Source: Aplysia californica (taxonomy: Eukaryota). Taken from it: a stretch of DNA of 57,437 nucleotides. The DNA lies in contig NW_004797693.1 in the NCBI RefSeq assembly GCF_000002075.1, positions 610,371 through 667,807 of the forward strand. The letters run 5' to 3'. Shown one piece after another: positions 11,501-23,500 of the stretch. The translations under genes were made by a program, and so were the position numbers. The number at the start of each line of letters is the position of its first letter. Position 1 is the first letter of the stretch. The notes beneath the pieces were generated by a model that ran no database searches, had not been told where the DNA came from, and was given only the letters and a program-made list of their open reading frames with translations.

Positions 11501-14500
11501 CATGTCCATCGTCCCAGTCCATTTGTGAATTCTTCCTACATGTTTCTCACACCATTGTAGACTCACACCCTCAATTCTCCGCTTGAATAGTTGCACACTG
11601 ATGTAAATGTAGTAATCTGATTGCTCATTGGTTTGGCATGCAATCTGCTCCCACAACAACTTTAAATTTACAAAGGTGAAAAAGCGTTTTAACTAACTGA
11701 TAATTTTGTCCATATTCTTGTGTTCTCATTAGCATTTTTAGAGCTGTCATTGTAAAGTAGTTGCATGGATTCCACTTTCAAAATTGACATATTATATACT
11801 GATTATTACTGTTTGGAGTTCAGTTAAAGCTTTTTTCTTTGTCAGAATGTTTCCTTCTTCTGAATGGAAGATGGTTATGGTTCGTTTGACAGGAGACCAC
11901 AAAATAGACACATTTGTATTTTTTAAGTTGACAGATTGCATGTTGAGCCAATGAAATTTACTTTTATTTATTGTTTGATATTTTTCTCGGTGTTAATGTT
12001 TATAGTGTACAGGTATGCACGCAGAAAGCTGAAGATGAGCTATGCTTTATATATTCACAGATGAGGAAAGGTTTGAGACTTGATTGTGTTAGAGCACTTG
12101 AGATCATCTATCATTGCTATTTTTATGTGAATTATAAAGAATTAAAAAATTATCTTGTCAAGTAAAATAAGGTTCTTGTTTGTGTCAACAATGGATAGTT
12201 GTATGTTTGGAGTTTTTTTACAACTCAATTTGATTATTAATTTTCTCATGGATGTAACACTAGATTGTGTAAAAAAATTGAATTACTTTTCAGTAGTTGT
12301 TTTATTCATTGATTTTTGTGAGTGTTTGGGACTTGTCATCCATGTGCGTATCAGTTGAACATAGTGTTTTTGTAAAGTTGTTTTCAAATTTTAGTGTTCC
12401 TGACTGATTAGCATTCAAGACTGTGGAAGTTTGGGATGGTAGTGAGATGCATCTGATTATTGGTCTCCAAAGAGAAATAAATGTCTTCAGCCTCCGTCAG
12501 ATGACGATAGTGTGATAGCGATTGATAGGTTTTTAGTTGTTTTAGAATTTGAATAGCAGTGCATTCTTTTTAATGAATGTGTTACAGGCCAGGCTCATTT
12601 TCTCGCACTGACCGCATCAACAAGTGCTGTGAGGCTCTGACGGCGGAACTGGTCACCTTGAACGCAGCCAAGGAGCATGAGATCCAAGGCCACATTGATG
12701 CCGCCATTTCCAACTTTGTGGCAAATGCTCGCTGGAGGTTTATCACCCCCGAGGGCCCCAAGATTCCACAGGTCATCCCAGACGAGCCTCTCATGTTTGG
12801 GTGAGGACGTGATTTCACTGCTTTGTGTTGTGGGAATTGTGAATCGTGGTCTTTGTGACTCATTGAGTTAAAATGTCTTTCGAAATGGGTCCCTTTTTTT
12901 TGTCCCAAGATCTTTTGGTGATATTGTATTTGGGAAATATTAAGAATGGGAGCTTATTAAAGTTTACTTTTATAGTAAAAGCTCTGTTGTGAGGAAATGG
13001 ACGTCAAGGTTTGGATTAAACTTTAATAATAGCAGTGTGTCATTTTTAAACCCAAACACATCTGAAATATGATAACTGCGTTTGTTTTGGGTTTCAACTT
13101 TAATAATGATGGAGAAATATACTCAAGGAAGGGGTTTTTAACTTTCAGTGGATTTTGCACATCACTGTTATGATGAGGATTGTGACGTAGATGCACGCAC
13201 TTTGGTTACTATAGCTATTGTAGTCTTTAGATCTAACATTATTGTTCCTGATGAAGCCCTTGATCAGGCGAAACGTTGTACTTTTATAAACATTTTCAGG
13301 AAATTCTACAAGTCTCAACCCTTTTTATTCCTTACTGTTATGATGAGGATGATGATAGTGGTTATTGTGGCAAAGGTATGATGTACAGTAAGTAGTGTTT
13401 ATTGACTTCTTAGCGTAAGGCTCCGCCATACACCATTTTGAAAAGTGACATGTCATGGAATCTTACACAGAGCAGACATTATTTGTTGTGGCTTTATTTC
13501 TTTTATTGTTCATATATATTAGTTTTACTTTAAGGAATGTTAAGTATTTCTCAAAATCAAACTTCTCAGCTGTTCATAGTATCAGGTACTAATTTTTATC
13601 ATTTGTAAAGGACACACTGGACTTGCAATTCTTTTCCAGCTACTTTGTTATCCCGAAGAGTCATGAAGGCAGCGTGGAGAAAGAGGAGTTGATGTCCTTT
13701 GAAGATGGAGAGCACATAATGGCCGTCAATGGATGGGTTATGGGAGATGACCCGCTGAGGAACTTCGCAGCGCCCGGTAGGACGGCTTTGTTGTTTGTAC
13801 TCTTTGGTGCTTTCTATGTGTCTTTTCTTCGTTTTCCTCCTCTTCCTTCGCAGGTGGTTGGAGGGCACCACTGGTAGGTCCTACTTTTTTGCTTTCCCTC
13901 TGATGTTTCTGTCTGTCTGTCTTACTTTTCCCCAGCGCTAAATGACCATGGTTGTGTCAAAACAAATAAAGAAATCCTCTTCCTTCTCCTTCTTCTCCCC
14001 CTCCTGCTCCTTCTGTTTCTCTTCTGTTATTGTTTCATATGCTGACCCATCTATCTCTCTCTGGATAACTGTGTGTACATATTGCTTTACCAGCTTATCT
14101 GCATTTTTACACCTTTCGTTGGTATTTGCTTATATACCGAGTTGCAAAAGTTCTGTCACACCCACCTTAAAAGTACAATAACTCATTTACTACTCAACAT
14201 AGCCAAGAGACATTTTGTGCACGAGATCTTTATTCATTTTCTGCCAACATGACATAAAAAGAATGGACAACTGTCTTTCCTTATTCAAGGAAGATAATTT
14301 TATTCACACTGACTCTTGCAAAATCCAAATCGAAGTTTGCTCAGTATGGGGTGTGGCCTCTTCCAGCTTGAGTTACTGATACAAAACATCTGTTCATTGA
14401 CTGAATTGAAGTCCTTATAGCTGTCTGAAGAATCTCCTGCCATTCCTTGTGTAGTGCAGCCTTCAGTTCCTTACAAGTTTGTACGGAGTGCGGCCTGTTT

Positions 14501-17500
14501 CTAATCCTCCAGCCAAGGTCATCTTACAGATGTTCTGTTGGGTTAAGGCTTGTGGATCTTGCAGACCAGTCCAGAATGACGATTTGATGTGTTTGGAAGA
14601 AGTTTTCATTGATAGTAGCCATTTGTGGTCGGGTGTTGTCTTGTTACCAGATTCCATCATCCGTGCCATTTAGCGTAGTCACCGTGGCGAAGAATTTCGT
14701 CACAATAATGTCATTATTTGAGGTTGCTTAGAAAAGTAACTAAATGTATACGATAAGAAGTAGAGATTCCACCCCCTACCATCACATTTCAGCCACCTTC
14801 GGCCCTTTTGGGGGACATCGGATTTGTGAAATTTCTATTCTCTTCTTTCTTGAACACTTTTTCTCTTCCATCAATGCGACGAATTAAAAACCTTAACCAT
14901 TGCTGAAAAGAACACTTAACCAACGTCTTTAGTTTCATCGACAATGTTGTTGTGCCAACATTTTGCGATTTCTTCTGTGAAACAGTGTTAGAATGGCTCC
15001 ATATAAAGGGCGATAATCACGTAATCGAAGATCTTATGAATGTCTAATAATGATTTTTCAAGACTGCCCGAAGTGACTGGCAGTCTCTGCACTAAGTTGG
15101 AATGGGTTTTCAATATGGGTGTTGACAATAAACCAATTCTGATGTCGAGTTGTCGCCCTTGGTTGGCTACGTCTCGGCTTGTCGTGACCAGTTTTAGTGG
15201 TGTTAAACGTTTGTTCAAGCGTTAGATGGTACTTCTGTAAACATTTACGAGTCTTGCAACAGCAGAAAGCGCAATTAAAGAATGTATCATACATACAGCC
15301 CCTTTATTATCTGAATTTATCATTTTTTAAATTTTGAAAACAGCAGGAAAAGGTACCCAACGGTTAAAAAGTATGAAATTTTATAGTGTGTAAGGTGTGT
15401 TTACACATCGTCTACGTGATTCAAAGCAAATTTTGTGTGTAGGAAGCGTTGACTTCAACACAGACCTAGAGAAATCAATACCAACACTTTGTCCACGTAC
15501 TTCTTCCGGTTTATGATTTCTTTGGTCTGCTCTTGCACAAGAAGTCTCATAAATCCCACTAGTCATACTTTTAACTTTTACTACAATTCTTACGCTATAC
15601 CGAAAATTATCGTTATATAATGGGTGTGACAGAACTTTTGCAACTTGGTATACAGTCAAACCTGTGTAAGACAGCCACCCATTGTCAAGGAGAAAAGTGG
15701 CCGTATAAGACAGGTGGCCGTCTTAGGCAGGACTGATCAAGATGAAGAAAACAAACCATTCCCATCTGAAGTCCCAATCGAAAGTTGCCGCATTGTTTCT
15801 TGTTTTTGTTGTTGTTGGTTTGTATTTTGTTTGTTATTTTTATTTCGTTGCTGATTTTGCGCAAGAGTGACAAAAAAACGAAATGTATCAGACGAGGAAG
15901 ACCGAGTATCATGTTAAAACAAACACATGGGTCGCCACCACTCGGAGAACGAGTGACGCGTTCATGTTGACGTCCATTGTTTCTTTGTTACAGACTGGGT
16001 AAACAGTGACCACTCCTCTCACTTACGATTTGTGTATGAGTTCTGGGCGGGGCTTATGGGTTATGAGGGATCACATGCTTACCTCACCAGCAGCTGAAAA
16101 TTGGTACCTATTGGTCAACAGTGGGAGGGGCCTACCCAACAAGATCGGCTGGAGGGACTACCTAACAACAACGACAGGTGATTGAATAATGACAGTTCGC
16201 CCATATTGCCAGGGGCCAGTGCACAATTTATGCCAAAACGTAATGGAGTCACTAAAATGGCCGTCTAAGACAGGTGTTATTGCGCTTAGTGTGATAGGGG
16301 TTGTGTGTTAAAATATGGTGGCCGCGTTGGACAGGTGCCCGTTTTACACAGTTAAATTATATAGAAAAAACGCAAGGGGGGAAATGGAAAGTGGCCGTTT
16401 GTACAGGTGGTCGTCTTATAGAGGTGGCCGTCAGGGCAGGTTCGACTGTATTTTGTTCTAATCTCAGGTCACTATGTTTACTATATCGCTTAATTCCCAG
16501 ATTGCAGTGTGTACATGTCACTTATTCCAAGGTCACTATGGGTATATATGTCACTTAATTCCCAAATCATTATGTGAACCTAAATTGATTTCTTAATCGG
16601 GTGGCTATGTGTACATATATCATTTTATTCTCAGGTCGCTATGTATACCTACGCCGAGAGCTGATGGCGTGGGGAGACAGCGTCAAACTAAACTATGGCG
16701 AGTCACGAGATGACTGCCCATACCTCTGGGATCTAATGGCGGAGTACACCAAGGTGTCGGCCCGTATTTTCCAGGGTCTACGGCTGGACAACTGCCACAG
16801 CACACCCATCCATGTGGCCGAGGTGAGGGTTTGGTTTGACAATCCTGTACGTAAAGCAGAAGTTTGGGTTCTGTGAGGGGGCATTGGCTAGATTTTGTAG
16901 GTAGTTTGTTTTATAGTTCTTATAAAACTTAATGCTTAAATCTGGAAACTGTTTCTTATGAGTTCCGTCAGTTTGTTCTTTGTTCAGGTGAATATTATGA
17001 TTGGTTGTTCGGGTTTTCAAGGCTTTCCTTTGTCTTGAGAGTTGGGCTTTCACAGACCTGCCACTCATCCCAATTTAATCGGGACATCCCGATTTTTTGC
17101 CCCAAATCCCGATTTTCCCGATTTCTATCGCCAGTATCCTGATTTTTTTGTCGTTGCGTCTGTTGCATCTGATTCTTAGAAAAAGCATAAGAAGTTCTGT
17201 AATCTCTTTTGCTTGGAAGCACAGATTGAACTTTTTATTGGCAGGAACTTGGAACGCTATTTTCTAAAGCATCTCTGCCGAATCTAGTAGATGACACTCG
17301 CACGTTATTTTAACTAAAATCGACATAGTATTAATTTTGAATTCAGACTTGGATACGCTCAAGATCTTCTTTCGCTTTTATAACCCAGAATTCTCCGATG
17401 GTGTCCTGATTACTGACAATTATGACATGGGCCTAAGAATAATCTATTCGTTGTTCTGCCGTTGCTTTAAAAGCAAGCTTCGTCTGAGTGCTGGTTAGTC

Positions 17501-20500
17501 GGGCTCCTTTATCAAGACCTGTCAGTGAAATTTTCTAACACTTATTCGCATCACATGACCTAGCTGACCTCGTACGTGTGAGTAGTGCGTGTGTCGGGGA
17601 CCGTTGGTTATGGAGGTCAACAAAGTTCATTCACACCGGTTGAGGTGTTTTTCGGAACTTAACCAGTGTGGACGACTGGGGGAGGGCGAGGGGTATTTTT
17701 TTCACTTGGGGGGGGCTTAAAGTGTGTGCCATGATACAGCTACTAATTGAGAGGAAAGGAATAAGAAAAAAATAAATAAATGAACAACCTTGGCGCGATC
17801 TTTTCTTTTTTTTGTGGGGGGGGGGGGGGTGTGGGGGGTGCCTTGAGTGTATATTATGGGATGGAAGTCAAACGTTGTTACTGTATGAAAACGCAGGCTT
17901 TTTGCATGGATGATTAGAGTTATGTGCCAGCTATTTTCAAGACTACAAGAGTTTCAGCATGACTGCAACCTGCGCTCCCCCAGTCTATCCAACTCCGAGT
18001 ACATTTGCTGTCTTTCAGTTTTCTCTCTATTTAGAGGCCCAAACGTGAACTTATTCCTGCGAAAGTTTTGTCTTGCGTACTTGCCTCATAAAAGGGAACC
18101 AGGACACCCCCTCCCCACCCCCCCACCCCCATACCCAGTGCCCCTTATCACTGATTTGCCGTTGATCCCGATTTTTTTCACCAGATCCTGATTTTTTATA
18201 CTCTAAAGTCCTGATTTTTAGATTTCATAGAGTGGCAGGTCTGGCTTTCAGTTTGAAGGTCGTGCTTCTGAAATAACCTTTCTGTGTTGAGTGGGGTTTT
18301 CAACCATGCTATACCAATTCAATGTACACAGACAAAGCTGGAGGAATTATTCCATCCTCCACATACTCCGGAGCCTGCTTCATCAGACTTATCTTTTAGG
18401 GCTCGTAAAGCAACGCTTAGCAGGAAAGAGGTTCACAGAAGACAATGATCATATCTAAGAGCTATGTGACTAGATGCATTCTCTTGATCAGAATTTTTTT
18501 CTAATAATGTCACTGTAAAAATTGCATCAGTCTTCATAAAGGGTATGTTGAGAAGCAGTTGAATGGTGTTGCTTTTTAATGTGGAAGTTTCAGTCCAATG
18601 CATGTAAAATTGTTCGTTCAATGGCCCATTTTGATCTTACCGTTCAGACAGCCCCGATATTTACATTTGATTTTCATGTTTCTTTTGTTCCTGATGGCAA
18701 CTTTTGCTTGTGTGTGTCCCCAGTACATGCTGGAAATTGCCCGCAAGGTACGACCAGATTTGTATGTGATTGCCGAGCTTTTCACAGGAAGTGAGGACCT
18801 CGATAATCTGTTCATGAACCGACTGGGAATCAACTCCCTCATCAGAGGTAGGACTTCTCTTTCCTTTTGTTTGAGCTTTAGCTTTCCCGCAACCATCTAG
18901 GATTTATTGGCGAGGGTCTGTGTTTTGCACACGCGACTATGAGTTGGATTTCTTAATGGCAGGGGGGGGGGGTTCAAATGCCAGCATCTTTTACTTGGAT
19001 GAATCCCTCCCAGCCTGAGTTAGTTCTGGTAGGCGAGGTAAAAGCAACAGGCGTCTTAATTGATTAGGATTTTCTCTTTAGTTTTAGTAGAGGTTTTACG
19101 GGGCTCGCAACTGCATAAGGTCATATGAGCGCCAAGGGGTGGATGTCAACAGAGAAATCCTTACAGGGAATCCGACTTTCTCTGCTCACCTCTCTATCTT
19201 CAACAGCACAAAGTCTTCTTCGACTATCAAGGCATCCCGGAAATATTGGGTCACAAGAGTGTGACAAACATACAAAAGAAGTAGAGGAAAAATGACAATA
19301 GTAAGGATTAGGAAAGAAAAAGCAGCAGTTCCCTGTTATAGATCAGGCACAGTTATGAGCGTGACATTGATGAATCAGCCCATTTACAATTCTACTGTGC
19401 ATGATCGAGAAATGTCCCCCCTATGGGAATTGCCTAAAGACACTTCAGTCTGTGGCACCGCCCCGGGGGTATAGGATTTTCTCTGTTAGGACATATAGTA
19501 TTAGGAGATTATCTACAACAAGTATGTAACATTTGAGTTTGAATTTTTTTTTTTATGTTTTACCCTATTCTAGAATGTTTGAATGTTTGTGAGGCAAATG
19601 AAAGGGATTGAAAGTTGTATCTTTGAGAAAACAATTGAGGGGTTTTATTACCAGTGCCCTCATAGGACAGGTGTGTCATACATGTTCAACCAATGTAAAC
19701 AGATTTTTTAGGATAAGGATGACACACAAAAAAGTTGCAGTTTTTTTGTTGTTGAGTAATCTCTGGATTTCTTACAGTAACTTGATTTCTCTATGTGATG
19801 TAATTTTACCGAGAGCAGTGACACATTTAACCCTATCCATACGCCTGGGGTCATTTTGTACCCCAGGGGGTTGTATTCTTCACATTTTAGAATACTTCTA
19901 GTACGTAGATCTCTTTGAAACTTTCAGTATTTCGCAAAAAAATCATTTTGACAGGCTGCTATGCAAAGCGTACGGATCGGATTAACGAGTAAATTTCCTC
20001 TTTGGAAAGTGGGGGCACAGAGTTTCCCACGTTATGGATAGGATAGTAAAACTCGATGTACGGATCGAGTTAATGAGTCTTTTCTCTGAGCAGATGTCAT
20101 GAAATACCTTCCTGGTTCTTCCCTTCAGAGTCTCTTGTGGCATGGAACTCTAATGAAGAAGGTCGTCTGGTACACCGGTTTGGTGGGCAGCCGGTAGGTG
20201 CTTTCGTCCAGCCTCGAGTGCGCCCTCTGGTGCCCAGCATGGCCCATGCCCTCTTCTACGACCAGACCCATGACAATGAGTGCCCCATCCAGAAGAGGTC
20301 GGCCTATGACATTTGGCCCACGGCCGGCCTGGTGACCATCTCAAACTGTGCTGTAGGAAGTAACCGTGGTTTTGATCAGATGGTACCCATTCATGTAAGT
20401 TCCAACTCTGTTTCGACGTTTATTGTCGAACTCTTTTCTTTTTCTATGCACTAGTGCGCTGGCATCATGTGTCTACAGTCAGTTTACTTTCTTGTGCAGC

Positions 20501-23500
20501 AGTTTCTTGCAATTTTCTTTGTAAAAAATGTTTTAAACAATAAAACTTGTCGGTTGTATTGCCCTCCTTTTTTTGCACACAGTCTTATATTTTGACTGAC
20601 ATTTTTTATTTACATGTCTTTCAGTCTGCACCTTAAACAGTTTATTCAAAGCGGTGAATTCCTTAAATCTATTTAGATTATCAAACGATTCAAGATTTCA
20701 AAATTCAATTTCACAATAGTGAAAGCAGTTAGTCTTTGAAGTTTTTTAACCACATTTTGGACGGATTTGAGAGTATGGAAAAAGCATGTGGCATGAAGAA
20801 AATGTGAGCACTAGTGTGAACTTATCATTGCTCTTTAGCACAATGACCACTGTAGTATAAACCATTCTAAATTGCGTGTTTTTAAGCAGTGTCTCTTTTT
20901 TTTTATACCATAATCAACGTGGTAATATCAATTACAGCTTCAATTTTAATAGGACAAAAAATATTCCTGAACGTCTAAAGCATTTCAAACATATTATATG
21001 CAAATTCGTGGTGCATTTAGTCAAGAGATAATTGAGATATTGCAGTGTAAGCATAGACACAAGAAAATGAACTGACTATAAGTACTATAACAAATCCGAC
21101 TCAGCGGGATAAAGCAAGGTGTGAAAAGAGTTAAAGACCTAGGCACTGTAAAGAAGCAATCGTTTTAAATATGTTTTAGAGCTCGCCCTCCTGATTCCAG
21201 CAGTGCTGGCTGCTCTACCTAGAGGTGGATGGAATTCAAGTTGCAAGACTTTTGAAAGGGGTTACATAAACTTACATACATTTTGATGCCAGAAAGCTTA
21301 GAACTAACTGTCAGTGATTGCCAACCCTAAGCTCTGCTGTAGTCTAGATCTGTAAGGGTGAACAAGTATACTATCCTTTGTGTATTTGCTCAGTTATTCA
21401 ATAAATGTGTGTCCACCTCAAAATGATAGGTTGGCTGGTGGGTGCTCAGGTACAGTTCACAGGCCTCTTGAGATACCTTTGAAAAGTGGATTTGTCTTAA
21501 TTTCTTTCCCTTTCGACTAACCACAATCTGCATAAAATCTGTACTGTTGTTATTATCAACATCTCTTCCTGTCAGGTTGAGGTAAAAAAAAATATCTTTT
21601 AAAATTTGGCAATTCATCTTTTAGCTCAAGTCAACTTTAAAATGTTCCTTTAGCTCATGTCAATCTCGAGATAAAAATGTTTGAACTCCTCTAACTAGAT
21701 CAATGTGGTCACAGAGAAGAGGCTGTATACTTCATGGCTGGAGAAGGAGATGCCAGAACGTCAGTACATCAACGCCAACTTTGGCATCAGTGCGGGCAAG
21801 CGTAGCCTGAACCGTCTACATTACACCCTGGCCAAACAGGGCTTCTCACAGGTCAGTGTCTGTGTCTGGCTTAGCATTCAAAAGATGTGAGTTCCCAACT
21901 CTTGCCCTGGGAAATTAATTTGATTGAGTGTCTCATTTTTTTCTTTGGTTGATAGGGATGTCTGACTGTAAAACAATCTCTTCACATTTAACTGAAACTG
22001 TTCAAAATGTAAGATTCATAAATTGTTCTACAATTGTTGAAATGACTTTGTCTTAAGTGTTTTTTATGCAGTCAAAAGATTCCTGGCAGACATTTCCTTC
22101 TTAAAAATTGTTTTCTTTGTCCTCCTTTCTTCTTGTCTAGTCCTGTTTTGTCATCTGCTTTCCTTTCCGCTCTCTCACCCTCCTCCCCACCCCTGGTCCC
22201 CTCTCTGCTCCTCTCTCCCTTACTTCTGACACTTCCTACTGCTACTCCAGGCTTCTTCTCACTGCAGTCTTTCAGCCTTACTCCTAATTGTAGGGTAGGT
22301 AAGATTGAAAATCAACCTTTCTTGAAAAGGGGCAAAAAACCTCTGAGGTCCCTTGTGCAAGTTGTGCACATTTAAGATCACTCGATGATCCTATATTCGA
22401 CAAAAGTAGGCTTTGGCAGCCACAGGGGGAAAAATCATGAATTAATTCCTACCAAGAACTAAAAATACTCCAGTCAGTATAAAAAAAAAGTTCTTCAAAA
22501 TTAGAATGTGGCTGCTTTAAACGTGAATGCGAGGGGCCTTACACAGTAGGAAAAACGATCACATTCGTAAAAATCAGTTGCACCGCAGGTTGAAGTACGT
22601 GCAGTTGACTACCCTTGAGATCTAGAAAAGCAAACAATGCATCGAAGAATAGAGTCTTTGACGGATTATTGCGGTCCAGTCATGTGGTTTATGGGGTTCT
22701 GGTTTCAGGTGTATGTGGACCAAGTGGACGGGGACACGGTGTCAGTGACACGACACAACCCCTTGACACACGAGTCTGTGGTGCTGGTAGCTCGCACTGC
22801 CTTCTCCTACCCTGGGAACCCAGATGACCAGGGTCACATCCGGCCAATCACAGTGCAGGGTGCGTGTCATGCTGTTTATTGAAGTTGTCGCTTTCTGTTT
22901 ATCATCTCTGCCTACCTATGTTTTTGTTTATCCGTCGTGAAGGGCTGTGTCTTTCTACCTGCAGTCTGTCTGTCTTTTCGGTCTATAAATTTGATTTTCT
23001 TCTTTTTTAATGTATTTCTATCTGTCATTTCTTTAGACATTATGGTTGGTGGATGCTCTATTGTAGTGTGCTCCTTGTACTTGTTATCAATGTTAAGTGT
23101 ATACTCTGTCTTTATCATAAGCCACGGTATAATGATCAAGCTTTTCACTTTGCACTTAGGAGGATGTTAATCTGGTTCCCATGTGGGGGAAGGCTTATTT
23201 TGGATTATCTACATCTTTCTGCTGGGATGTATCTGGCAGATTCCTGGTAATATTTGACTGGCAGGGTCAAAATATTCTGCGTCTTAAAAGATGGAAATTT
23301 TATCTATCAATGGGAGTTTAGAACATGCACAATCAATCTCTTGAATGCAAATCCTTGGTATTTTTGCCATTTGGATTATGGGGCCGAAAGCTCAATTGGA
23401 ATCATGTTATACTAATACTATAGCACAGATGACTCTGGATCAACTTCATCCTTTCCTATCAAACACCAATTGTCAGTATCTCTCCTTTCTTTTTTTTTGT

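Noticed and set aside
12006-12012. 7-nt segment tag|TGTACAG|gtatgc as a microexon
   Set aside because: Not frame-preserving and weak pyrimidine tract.
16459-16650. CRISPR-like array
   Set aside because: Degenerate contiguous tandem units with no unique spacers, in a eukaryotic intron.
19350-19471. HDV-like or hammerhead ribozyme at the family B 5' end
   Set aside because: Could not build the P1/P2/P3 pairings or find a CUGANGA...GAAA core by eye.
19827-20045. piggyBac-like MITE (TTAA CCCTATCCATA ... TATGGATAGG)
   Set aside because: Short inverted match with no right-hand TTAA; too weak to call.
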